The translations under genes and the position numbers were made by a program. A stretch of 64,000 bases of DNA, taken from assembly GCA_900617105.1 (NCBI GenBank), contig UYFQ01000010.1:124001-188000 (forward strand), in the 5' to 3' direction. Positions 39,956-48,653 of this stretch are shown piece by piece (within the stretch, counting starts at the first letter, position 1; every line of letters begins with the position of its first letter). The notes below the pieces were generated by a model. That model was given only the letters and a program-made list of their open reading frames with translations. It made no database searches and was not told where the DNA came from. The stretch is from Hydrurus foetidus (lineage: Eukaryota).

Positions 39956-41236
39956 ATGCCCATAGCCCCTGTCAACAATGCGCAAGCAGCTATCGAAAAG
40001 ATAGCATTTGGAGGTCCGTCCATGCCGGTTAATGAACACAGCCACAGTGGTTTTTGCCACCATGAGACTGCTGCGGCCCCAGCGCAGGGCTCTCGGCGCA
40101 AACGCCTCTGGGATTTGGGCCACCAGTGCCATTGCCCGCTGGTGGGGGTGAGCCTGCCCATGGATGTGTTGCACCGACTGGTCAACAAAGCGCTAGGTGG
40201 CAGTGCCGTTGCCAATGACTACGAGGTGCACGCCGGTGCTGTGTCTGAATGTGCGCGACGCTCCAAGCTGTCGGAGCTGATGCAGGCCGAACTGGATACG
40301 CGGTATACGCGCGAGATTCAATGGTTCAAGACGGCCAGGAGCACCCTGGCGGTGGCCGATAGCTGGATCAAGTCGCTGAAGGCGGGGGATGTGGCGGGTG
40401 CCTTCTGGGCGGCCCTGACGCACCCGCGTTGCGACGCGTCGTTGCAAGAGGCCATGTGCAGAGACCTGCACATGTTCCAGCACCAAGCGGGCGCGGGCCT
40501 GCGCCTGGAGATGACGCGCTTCAATGCGTTGGCAGAAGAAAACGCCGTGCTGACCCGTGAGCTGGGCAAGGTGCAGGAGCGCATCACGCGCGTCATCGGC
40601 CAGAAGACAGCGGACATTGAGCGCCTGAACGCGCTGCTGCTGCAGGCACGGGCGGATGCCATTGCCAAGGACAGCCGCATCAGCTTCATGGCCCAGGATC
40701 TGGAGGCCTTGCAGGCGTTCATTCCCCAGCTCGAAGACAAGCAGCGCCTGCAAAAGAAGGTAGACCAAATGGCCCAGCGCCAGTTGGAGCTGGAAGGGCA
40801 GAACGCAGAGTTGCGGCGCAAATTGGCGGTGGCCGAGAAGGCCTCCGTGGGCACAGTGCCGCGTGAGTCGGCGCCCAGCTTGGAAGGGAATGCGCTGGTC
40901 GGCGTGCAGGCCATGGTGATCCAGCTGCACCAAAAGATGGTGCTGTGCGTGGGCGGGCGCAGCGGCAACATTGCCAACTACCGTGACGTGGTCGAACGCG
41001 TCGGCGGACGCTTTGCACACCACGATGGCGGGGTGGAAGACAACGCCTCGGTGCTGGACGCCAACCTGGCTGCCGCGGATTTGGTGATCTGCCAGACCGG
41101 CTGCATTAGCCACAACGCGTATTGGCGCGTCAAAGACTTTTGCAAGCGCACCGGCAAGCGTTGTGTGTTCGTGGAGAACCCCAGCGCATCGTCTTTGGAG
41201 CGTGGGTTGGCGTTGTCAGAGGGCGTCGTTCCGTAG
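39956..41236 (+). CDS. DUF2325 domain protein (original start possibly 39812)
   Basis: Coiled coil, then VLCVGG...HHDGG.E...ADLVICQTGCISHNAYWRVKDFCKRTGK. Confidence 0.85.
   Translation: MPIAPVNNAQAAIEKIAFGGPSMPVNEHSHSGFCHHETAAAPAQGSRRKRLWDLGHQCHCPLVGVSLPMDVLHRLVNKALGGSAVANDYEVHAGAVSECARRSKLSELMQAELDTRYTREIQWFKTARSTLAVADSWIKSLKAGDVAGAFWAALTHPRCDASLQEAMCRDLHMFQHQAGAGLRLEMTRFNALAEENAVLTRELGKVQERITRVIGQKTADIERLNALLLQARADAIAKDSRISFMAQDLEALQAFIPQLEDKQRLQKKVDQMAQRQLELEGQNAELRRKLAVAEKASVGTVPRESAPSLEGNALVGVQAMVIQLHQKMVLCVGGRSGNIANYRDVVERVGGRFAHHDGGVEDNASVLDANLAAADLVICQTGCISHNAYWRVKDFCKRTGKRCVFVENPSASSLERGLALSEGVVP
39962..40006 (+). repeat. Dispersed 45-bp motif, copy 7 (DUF2325 N-terminus)
   Basis: ATAGCCCCTGTCAACAATGCGCAAGCAGCTATCGAAAAGATAGCA. 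Confidence 0.88.
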
Positions 41237-41608
41237 TTGGCGCTGCCACCAAACAAAGAGTGGCGCCCCCACGATCTCCAGCGCGGTGAAGCCCACGAAC
41301 GGCAGCATCGGCAGGCCCACCGCCAGCAACGAGACCAGTCGGCCCACGCCGCCCAGAAAAATCATCAGCCACACTGCGCGGAACAGCGCGGTCTCGGTGG
41401 CGATGCGCGGCACCAGCCACCACACGCTCAAACCCAGGCCCAGCCACACGCCACCGAAGAAGCGCATATTGCTGTCCAGCGTGGCGTCGTGCGGCAGGTT
41501 CAGCGCGGCGTACAGCGGGTCGCTCACACCCAGCATGCTGATCAGGCCGGTGAGCACGGGCACTGCGCCCAGGATGGCGGTGGCGATTTGCAGTTGGCGC
41601 AGGCTCAT
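41216..41608 (-). CDS. DUF4345-like membrane protein
   Basis: LDSNMRFFGG, GGVGRLVS; four hydrophobic segments. Confidence 0.75.
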   Translation of the reverse strand: MSLRQLQIATAILGAVPVLTGLISMLGVSDPLYAALNLPHDATLDSNMRFFGGVWLGLGLSVWWLVPRIATETALFRAVWLMIFLGGVGRLVSLLAVGLPMLPFVGFTALEIVGAPLFVWWQRQLRNDAL

Positions 41609-41943
41609 GGCTGCACCTGTGCCCACTTAGCCAGCAGAGAACCCATGCCCAGGGCCTGTAAAAACACCGACTGCTGCAACAACCCCGTGTACTGCGTGGC
41701 CAAGTAGCCAAACACCAGCCCAAACTGCATGGCGCCCAGGCTGTGGCTGGCGTTAAAGCCCTTGACCGCCCGCCACACCGTGGTCTCACGCGTCAGCACC
41801 GGGTGGCTGGCCTGCATGGCGGCGGTCGTAGCCGCGTCGCGCGGGTGCAGCTTGTTGCCATGGAAGGTGTAGAGCAGGTGGATGCTCCCTAGGAGCCCCA
41901 CCACAGCGGCGCTAGAGGAGAAGAGCAGGGCGGCAAGGTTCAT
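41605..41943 (-). CDS. Small membrane protein (HLLYTF...GFNASHSLG family), possibly C-terminally shortened
   Basis: Hydrophobic ORF divergent from the TetR gene. Confidence 0.65.
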   Translation of the reverse strand: MNLAALLFSSSAAVVGLLGSIHLLYTFHGNKLHPRDAATTAAMQASHPVLTRETTVWRAVKGFNASHSLGAMQFGLVFGYLATQYTGLLQQSVFLQALGMGSLLAKWAQVQP

Positions 41944-42040
41944 GGAATCTCCTTTGAAAACACCGGCAAATACACAATCTTTACGAGAGAAAGATTGGCG
42001 CGATGTTGCACGCATATCTTTCGCATGTCAAGATTGCGCC

Positions 42041-42658
42041 ATGCCTCCTGCCAAGCGAACCCCCAAACCACCCCCCAAGCCCTACCACCACGGCAACCTG
42101 CGTGAAACCCTGCTGGCTGCGGCCGACACCGTGCTTGCCGAGCGCGGCGCCCAAGGTCTCACGCTGCGCGATGTGGCCAAGGCCGCGGGCGTGTCGCACG
42201 CCGCGCCGTACCACCACTTTGCCAGTCTCAACGATCTGCTGGCCGCCGTGGCCGAGCGCGCGTTTGGCGTGCTGGCCCAGGCGCTGGAACAGGCCGCTGC
42301 CGAGCCCGATACCGCCGAGCGCATGCTAAAAATCAACGACGCTTACGTGGCCTGCGCGCTGGCCCGCCCGGCCCAGTTCCGCCTGATGCTTGGCCCGCTG
42401 CTGGCGCGCAAGCAGGACTATCCCGAGTTCAAAGTTGCGGCCGAACGTGCCTTTGGCGTGGTGCTGGCCGCCGCCTGCGCCCACGACCCAAAGCGCGGCC
42501 CCGAGCTGGCGCTGACCGGCTGGAGCCTGGCCCACGGCCTGAGCAACCTGCTGATCGATGGCGCGCTGGAAGGGTTGCCAATTACTGTGGGGCCGGTCGA
42601 AGGATTGGCGCGGCAGCTGGCGTTGCGTGGCCTGGGGCTTGCAGGGGCGGTTGCATGA
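42041..42658 (+). CDS. TetR/AcrR family regulator (WHG type)
   Basis: YHHGNLR, LTLRDVAKAAGVSHAAPYHHF, WSLAHG. Confidence 0.92.
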   Translation: MPPAKRTPKPPPKPYHHGNLRETLLAAADTVLAERGAQGLTLRDVAKAAGVSHAAPYHHFASLNDLLAAVAERAFGVLAQALEQAAAEPDTAERMLKINDAYVACALARPAQFRLMLGPLLARKQDYPEFKVAAERAFGVVLAAACAHDPKRGPELALTGWSLAHGLSNLLIDGALEGLPITVGPVEGLARQLALRGLGLAGAVA

Positions 42659-42692
42659 TCCAGCACTACCTGCAAGCCGCCTTCCGCTGGCA

Positions 42693-42787
42693 GCGTGGCC
42701 GCCAGGGCACAGCGTGACCCGCGTGGTGGGCGGCAGCCGCTATGCGCTGCCGCTGGGTTGGGTGCTGCGGGCGCAGGCCCGATAATC
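42693..42787 (+). repeat. 95-bp direct repeat, left copy
   Basis: 87/95 identical to 46704-46798 by manual alignment. Confidence 0.9.
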
Positions 42788-42807
42788 CACCCTGCGCAAG
42801 CCGCCGT

Positions 42808-42928
42808 GGTCGACAAGGCCGCATGTGAACTGGTTTTCAAGGGTCTGGAGCAGCCCAGTGGCTACACCGAGCCGTTGCAGGACGTTTGGCGTTTGAAGGT
42901 GCAGGCTGCGCAAGGAAACTTCGGATAA
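42808..42928 (+). pseudogene. glcB: Malate synthase G C-terminal fragment
   Basis: [20 protein letters not shown]...WRLK matches the recalled GlcB C-terminus. Confidence 0.7.
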
Positions 42929-42941
42929 TGACTGCACAAGT

Positions 42942-42986
42942 AGCTACATAATTGATAGCTGCTCGCGCAAATTTCACGAGGGCTAC
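42942..42986 (-). repeat. Dispersed 45-bp motif, copy 8 (intergenic)
   Basis: Reverse complement: GTAGCCCTCGTGAAATTTGCGCGAGCAGCTATCAATTATGTAGCT. Confidence 0.9.
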
Positions 42987-42994
42987 AGGCCATT

Positions 42995-43366
42995 TCAGTG
43001 CTGATCAAACGCAGCATCGGCAACATCCAAGCGATCGAACACGGCCAACCCCTTGTGCACATCCCCGGTGGCGGCCATGGAACGGAAATGGTTCTCGGTA
43101 TCCCACGTAGCCAGCGCGCGGGCGCTGAGCTGCTCCACCAGCTTGTTCATGGACGGGCTCAGCTTTACGCCAGCGATTTGGGCCGCTGCGCCGTGTCGTT
43201 GGGTAATCGTATTGTCAAAGTGCTCATAACCATTCTGGCCTGGAGCTGTTGCTGCGCTACTGCGCCCGCCACAGTTTTCAAACGTCCAGGCGTGGATGAA
43301 TGCTCCGTATGCCGCATCCCAGCGAACTAATGAACAAATCGCCGGATAGGAGCCTTCAACAATCAT
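42995..43366 (-). CDS. Hypothetical protein (may be a fragment)
   Basis: 123-aa ORF downstream of mazF; no recognised motif. Confidence 0.35.
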   Translation of the reverse strand: MIVEGSYPAICSLVRWDAAYGAFIHAWTFENCGGRSSAATAPGQNGYEHFDNTITQRHGAAAQIAGVKLSPSMNKLVEQLSARALATWDTENHFRSMAATGDVHKGLAVFDRLDVADAAFDQH

Positions 43367-43408
43367 GTCTTCACATGGTTACCGGGCGCATGTGCTTTCC
43401 TTGTATGT

Positions 43409-43777
43409 TCAGACGCAGATCGAAATGATCCCGTTCAACTCTTCGCATGCCGATTCAAATACCGCTGGAAGCACTTGTTTCCAAGCGTGCGGTCGAGCGC
43501 CACGATCGCGCCAAGCGAATGACTTCGGTTGATGTGCCAGCACGTAGCAGACCTCGCCCTTTGGTGATGTGAACTTGACGGCAAAAGGGTTGGTTTCGTT
43601 GCTGGGTGCATGGGTCATCGGTAGGCCAATAACGAGATTTGTACGCTCGTTAAACGCCTTGGAAGACAACACCAACATAGGGTGCTCATCCTTCATTTCC
43701 GCACCAACCTGCGGATTGAAATTTATCCAGATCATGTCGCGCCGATCCGGCACCCAAAGCTTGCTCGGAGTCGCCAT
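43409..43777 (-). CDS. mazF: PemK/MazF family toxin
   Basis: WVPDRRDMIWINFNPQVGAEM..HPMLVLS...FN. Confidence 0.9.
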   Translation of the reverse strand: MATPSKLWVPDRRDMIWINFNPQVGAEMKDEHPMLVLSSKAFNERTNLVIGLPMTHAPSNETNPFAVKFTSPKGEVCYVLAHQPKSFAWRDRGARPHAWKQVLPAVFESACEELNGIISICV

Positions 43778-44037
43778 CAGAACACTTCAGCGCCGACGCG
43801 GCCAGTCGCCATGACTTCGCCACCGTGAATGACTGGATCAAACGCCTTGAGCTTTTGGGCAAGCGTCAGCTTGGGCTTGCCTGCGGTGCGCAAGAACACA
43901 CCACCATCAACTACCTCTACATGGATCGGCAGGCCACGGGTAAAACGCGCAGCCTTGGCCACGGGGGCAGTGATACGCACCGCAAGGCCGTTGCCCCACT
44001 CCTGGACTGTCTGTTCAACTGAAACTGCTGCTGTCAT
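43777..44037 (-). CDS. mazE: AbrB/MazE family antitoxin
   Basis: VQEWGNGLAVRI; stop overlaps the mazF start. Confidence 0.88.
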   Translation of the reverse strand: MTAAVSVEQTVQEWGNGLAVRITAPVAKAARFTRGLPIHVEVVDGGVFLRTAGKPKLTLAQKLKAFDPVIHGGEVMATGRVGAEVF

Positions 44038-44065
44038 TTGGACACCTTTTTGAAATGTTGATACG

Positions 44066-44094
44066 AGTTTATACGTGCTGCCGATGTGTGTCAA
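44066..44094 (-). promoter_or_regulatory. mazEF promoter inside an inverted repeat
   Basis: TTGACA-17 bp-TAAACT; TGTTGATAC...GTGTCAACA arms at 44056-44096. Confidence 0.6.
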
Positions 44095-44100
44095 CACGTA

Positions 44101-44240
44101 TCAACGCAAATTTGGAAGCATTAGATTGGCCCTGGCCACGATGGCAGCCATACGCACCGCAGCTTGTGTCATCAGGAGTTTCCTGGTGCTGATGCTTTTG
44201 TGGCCAAGAAGCTTGGCGATATGCACAAGGTCATAGCAGG
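44101..44240 (-). pseudogene. Tyrosine recombinase C-terminal remnant
   Basis: YDLVHIAKLLGHKSIST resembles the integrase box II LLGH motif. Confidence 0.55.
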
Positions 44241-44367
44241 TGGACGAACTGTAGCTCACGCCGCCGGAGCTGATCGACCGCATTGCCGCACTGGTGCCGC
44301 AACCGCGTACCCAGCGGCAATTGAGGTGCGCCGCGGGTACGGGTTGCGCCTGTCACTGCCCAAAACC

Positions 44368-44536
44368 GACCCCGGCACCGCCAGAGCCGCCTACGGTGCG
44401 GGCGTTTTGGCGGGAGACTTCATCAAGGTGCATGCGACGCTGGGCGAAGCGGTCGGCTTGATCCACGACCTGCCCGAAGCAGCCACGGTGATCCGGCGCA
44501 CGACCGCTGAGACCCAAAATGTCCTTCGGGCGCTCA
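44368..44536 (+). pseudogene. Nitronate monooxygenase-like C-terminal fragment
   Basis: AGDF...GEAVGLIHDLPEAATVIRR. Confidence 0.55.
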
Positions 44537-44601
44537 AACCCATGGTCAAATCGACCTTAAGTCCTTGTCAAACCCTGATAGTTTGCTATCAAATTCATAA
44601 C

Positions 44602-46138
44602 ATGCCTATTTCATATCGCTCGCTGAAAACACTCACCGTGAGCGCCCTGGCCGTGGTGGGCCTGTGCTTGTCCGCCCAAGCGCAAGCCCCGCTGGACGTG
44701 CGTATCGCGCTGGTGATTGGCAACTCGGCCTACGCCGGTGCGCCGCTGGTCAACCCGGCCAACGATGCACGCGCCATGAGCGAGACTTTGCGCGGTTTGG
44801 GCTTCACGGTGGTTGAGCTGCGCGACGCGCAAAAGATGCAAATGGCGGATGCGATTGCCAAAGTGCGTGACTCGCTCAAGGGCAAACAAGGCGTGGGTAT
44901 GCTGTATTACGCTGGCCATGGTTTGCAATTGGACTGGCACAACTACATGGTGCCGGTGGATGCCAGAATGAGCAAAGCCGCCGACGTGGCCGAGCAGGCC
45001 GTAGACATCAACACGGTGATCGATGCTTTCAAGGACGCGGGTAACCGCATGAACATCTTAGTGCTGGATGCCTGCCGCGACAACCCGTTTGCAGGCACCA
45101 CCACCGGCAAAGGCCTGGCGCAGCTGGACGCGCCTCCAGGCACGTTTCTGGCCTATGCCACCGCGCCAGGCAATGTGGTGGAGGATGGGGATGTCAAGAG
45201 TGGCAAAGGGCTGTACACCCAGTTTTTGCTCGAGGAGCTGAAGAAGCCTGTTTCCTAAATTGAAGACGTGTTCAAGGGGGTGCGTTTGCAGGTCAGGCAA
45301 AAAAGCCAGGGGCGGCAAATTCCCTGGGATTCCACCAGCTTGGAGGATGACTTTTTCTTCAATACTGGCAAGGTGATGGCTGTGGCCAAGCCCGACGAGA
45401 AATTGCGGGAAGTCGCCTTCAATACCGAGAAGAGCGATTGGGACAAGGTCAAGGACAGTAAAAACGCGACTGATTTGTACGCGTTCCTGCGGAAATATCC
45501 CAACGGCAATATCAGTGAGCTCGCGCAGGCACAACTGGAGCGGCTTGATCGCGCCAAAACCATCGCGCTGCCTGATCGCAACGGCGAAATACAGAGCGCT
45601 GTTGCTTTGCGCTTCAGGCTGGGCGACACCTACGAATTCGCCATCAAAGATGGCTTGACGGGCGTCACAAGGACCCTTTCTACGGCAGTCGTCACAGCCG
45701 TTACAGATGGGCGCGTCGACCTCACCGGTAGTTTTGGTCCCAACTCTCGGGGCGCTGCCACGGTGGCCGGAGTAATCATTAGTCCCGGTGGGGATACTTA
45801 TGACCCGCCGTTCACACAGATACCGAGGGGCGAATATCAGGTTGGCAAGAAGTGGAGCGGCCGTTCAAACCGAACCTCCGAAAGCGGAAAAACGGGATGG
45901 ATGGAATACCAGGGGCACATCCAGGCCTACGAAAAGGTACAAGTTGCGGCTGGAACTTTTGACGCTTACAAAATCCAGATGGATTTTCAGTTCGACAACG
46001 GCTTGCGACGTAAAACCACGCTGGGCACAGCCTGACTGGGGTCTGCCCATGAAGATGGTCATTGAATCGCGGCCAAGATCTGAGTCATTGGATGTTCTTG
46101 TTCGCGAGATGCTCTCACGTCGGCGAACTAACAGCTGA
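44602..46138 (+). pseudogene. Secreted caspase-like (peptidase C14) protein, disrupted
   Basis: Signal peptide, RIALVIGNSAY, YYAGHG, LDACR; in-frame TAA at 45256-45258; frameshift near 46020. Confidence 0.8.
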
Positions 46139-46148
46139 TTCAGATGGC

Positions 46149-46620
46149 TACTCAATAGCCATCAGCACACGGGATGGTGGCACATCGTTCAAACACCGCA
46201 GATGCCCTTTGCCCTCCGGCAGCGGACAAACGCGAGAAAGATACGGCGCGCAGTCCCATGGCGGCTAGTACGCCTTGTCGTTCTTGAGCCATATCACGGT
46301 GGCTTCTAAGCTGAGCGGCGGCGTATGCAAGGGGCTGCTCGAACCAAAGATAGCGACTTGCAGCACGCCAAAAGCATCGGCCAAGTGCATCAGACCAGAA
46401 TCGTTGCTCACTATATTTTTAGTAGCAGATATCGCAATAAAAGCGAGGACTAGTGAGGTTTTCCCTGTCGAATTGGTGAGCCAGATCGGCATAGGGCGCA
46501 GTGGGCCAGCGCTTGAACGGCCCGTATTCGGCACCCGGCGCAAACACGTAATATCGACCGCGGTTCAGGCCCATTTGCGCCAGGGCGATGGTGGCGTCTG
46601 CTTCGTTAATGTGCAGGCGT
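46149..46620 (-). pseudogene. waaF: LPS heptosyltransferase II, 3' fragment
   Basis: FAPGAEYGPFKRWP, SNDSGLMH, FGSSSPLHTPPL, GHLRCL; contains a deletion, frameshifts and a stop. Confidence 0.8.
46409..46453 (-). repeat. Dispersed 45-bp motif, copy 9 (degenerate, in the waaF fragment)
   Basis: Reverse complement: CTAGTCCTCGCTTTTATTGCGATATCTGCTACTAAAAATATAGTG; same register as the other copies. Confidence 0.65.
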
Positions 46621-46703
46621 GGCTGGTCAGTGTCTGAACGCGCCTTTGGCGTGACGCCGAGCTGGAGGGGCTGCCGATTCCTGTGGGGCCTGGCGAAGGG
46701 CTG

Positions 46704-46798
46704 GCGTGGCCGCCAGGGCACAGCGTGACCCGCGTGGTGGGCGGCAGCCGCTATGTGTTGTCGCTGGGCTGGGTGTTGAAGGCGTAGGCCCGATAATC
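46704..46798 (+). repeat. 95-bp direct repeat, right copy (includes GATAAT just before rlmB)
   Basis: Matches 42693-42787; translates as [22 protein letters not shown], like a 2OG-Fe(II) oxygenase C-terminus. Confidence 0.9.
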
Positions 46799-46803
46799 GG
46801 GGC

Positions 46804-47586
46804 ATGTCATCTCCCAAAGTGCTATTCGGCTTTCACGCCGTGGGCGTGCGCCTGAAGACCGCCCCCAAATCCATCATCGAAATCTTCTACGAGCCCACGC
46901 GACGCGATGCGCGCATGCGCCAGTTTCTGGAGAAAGTCGCTGAAGCCGGTATTCGCGTGGTCGAAGCTGACGGCATGCGCCTGGCCAAGATTGCCGGCAG
47001 CCATGGCCACCAGGGCGTGGCCGCCCGCGTGCAAGAGATCAAGCAAGTCCATTCGCTGGACGAACTGCTGGAAAACCTGGAAGCCGCCAACGCCGAGCTA
47101 CCCGCAGACCAGCGCACCAACCCGCTGATCCTGGTGCTGGACGGCGTGACCGACCCGCACAACCTGGGCGCCTGCCTGCGTGTCGCCGATGGCGCGGGCG
47201 CGCACTGTGTGATCGCCCCCAAGGACCACGCCGCTGGCATCAACGCTACCGTGGCCAAGGTGGCCAGCGGCGCGGCTGAGACTGTGCCGTACTTCATGGT
47301 GACCAACCTGGCGCGCACGCTCAACGAGCTGAAAGAACGCAACATCTGGATCATCGGCACCAGCGACCAGGCAACTGGCACGTTGTACCAGGCTGACTTG
47401 AAAGGCCCCGTGGCCCTGGTGCTGGGCGCCGAAGGCGACGGCATGCGCCAGCTCACCGCCAAGACCTGCGACCAGCTCGTCAGCATCCCCATGCAAGGCG
47501 CGGTGGAAAGCTTGAACGTGTCGGTGGCTAGCGGTGTGTGTCTGTACGAGGCGCTGCGCCAACGGTCCACGTCAGCGGCCAAGTAA
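46804..47586 (+). CDS. rlmB: 23S rRNA Gm2251 methyltransferase
   Basis: [35 protein letters not shown]. Confidence 0.95.
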   Translation: MSSPKVLFGFHAVGVRLKTAPKSIIEIFYEPTRRDARMRQFLEKVAEAGIRVVEADGMRLAKIAGSHGHQGVAARVQEIKQVHSLDELLENLEAANAELPADQRTNPLILVLDGVTDPHNLGACLRVADGAGAHCVIAPKDHAAGINATVAKVASGAAETVPYFMVTNLARTLNELKERNIWIIGTSDQATGTLYQADLKGPVALVLGAEGDGMRQLTAKTCDQLVSIPMQGAVESLNVSVASGVCLYEALRQRSTSAAK

Positions 47587-47610
47587 TTGGGAACCTGGGG
47601 TAATGATGTT

Positions 47611-47655
47611 TGCTACGAAATCAGGAGCTGCTCGCGCATATTCGACGGGGGCTAT
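47611..47655 (-). repeat. Dispersed 45-bp motif, copy 10 (intergenic)
   Basis: Reverse complement: ATAGCCCCCGTCGAATATGCGCGAGCAGCTCCTGATTTCGTAGCA. Confidence 0.9.
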
Positions 47656-48098
47656 AGCCGCTTTTCGCTTCTTGGTCAGCACCCGGGCGTAGCAAAACAA
47701 GATCAGCCTCGCCATCCAGAACCGGACCAGCACGAACGGCGTGCTGAACGACAACCTGAACATGCAAGCCGATCCGGACGAGAAGAAGGTGCACTTCGAG
47801 ATCAGCGACTGCGGCGCTAACTACAACTTTTTCGAGAACCCACGCTGAGTGCTTGGTGGTGGTCGCCAGTACCACAGCCAAGAATCACTGCAGTATCTGC
47901 TGCCACCCCGCAAGGCATAGCCGCCTTTTCCGCGGTTGGAGTGGTGACTCGATCGCTGCGCTAGCGTTTGCTGGCGTTTGGGATTTGACGGGTTGAACAA
48001 AACGAGTGCCTAGAACGGGCTCTTCAACAGACTGGTTCTGCCTCGGCGCCAAGACGCCCGCAGACGGGATGCAGACCTTCGCTGTGCTCAAAAGCAGC

Positions 48099-48185
48099 CG
48101 TTAACGTCGGCGCTTTACGGCGCACAGCCCACGCCGCGAAGCGGCAACCTTTGGCTGCGTATCCGCGACGAGCAACTTGTTAAAT
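48099..48185 (-). other. Integron attC-like recombination site (solitary)
   Basis: Minus strand reads ATTTAAC...GCCGAC-GTTAACG, 87 bp, an imperfect palindrome with a central GCCGC-TTC-GCGGC hairpin; begins 4 bp after an ORF stop. Confidence 0.6.
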
Positions 48186-48189
48186 ATGT

Positions 48190-48429
48190 CTAGTGAGGCT
48201 GGTGACATTCGTAACTTTCGTTGGGCCAATACTTTTTCAAATAGCGAGTGCAGTTCACTTGCCCGCCAATCGGAGTCGTCACACCCTTCACTCTAAAGAT
48301 AGGTCCCCCAGGGGGTTGGACCAAGGCAACACTTGCGCCATGCCCTGTCAATCGAAAGGCAGTGACGAGACCCTTAATGAACAATGGTGATCTTGTCCGA
48401 CCTTTCGCAGAGCTTGGCATACAGATCAA
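48190..48429 (-). CDS. Putative cassette ORF or ORF remnant, hypothetical
   Basis: AT-richer ORF whose stop abuts the attC inverse core site. Confidence 0.35.
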   Translation of the reverse strand: MICMPSSAKGRTRSPLFIKGLVTAFRLTGHGASVALVQPPGGPIFRVKGVTTPIGGQVNCTRYLKKYWPNESYECHQPH

Positions 48430-48490
48430 CTCAATGTACCCCGCAAAGCATTGCGGGAAAAAGTGGGAGTTTGGTCTGTCAAAAATGGCA

Positions 48491-48535
48491 TTTGCCTATA
48501 TCCAGCCTGCCCAAGCTGCTCTCATAAAAATAGCG
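48491..48535 (+). repeat. Dispersed 45-bp motif, copy 11 (degenerate)
   Basis: TTTGCCTATATCCAGCCTGCCCAAGCTGCTCTCATAAAAATAGCG; upstream TCAAAAATGGCA is also in register. Confidence 0.55.
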
Positions 48536-48653
48536 ACAAACCCTGCAGTTTGCCAAACCTGATTTTGACGATTCAGTTGGGTCCTGAATATCCCCCAGAC
48601 GGGTGAATTTTGAGCGTCCGTTTCCGCCTCTGAGTGCTGCAATTTCCTCGCCC

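Noticed and set aside
44164..44601. Apparent N-terminal extension fused to the caspase ORF
   Set aside because: Chance read-through of pseudogene fragments; the signal peptide begins at ATG 44602.
47690..48091. Short ORFs between rlmB and the attC-like site
   Set aside because: One looks like a C-terminal gene fragment, but no family or second attC could be supported.
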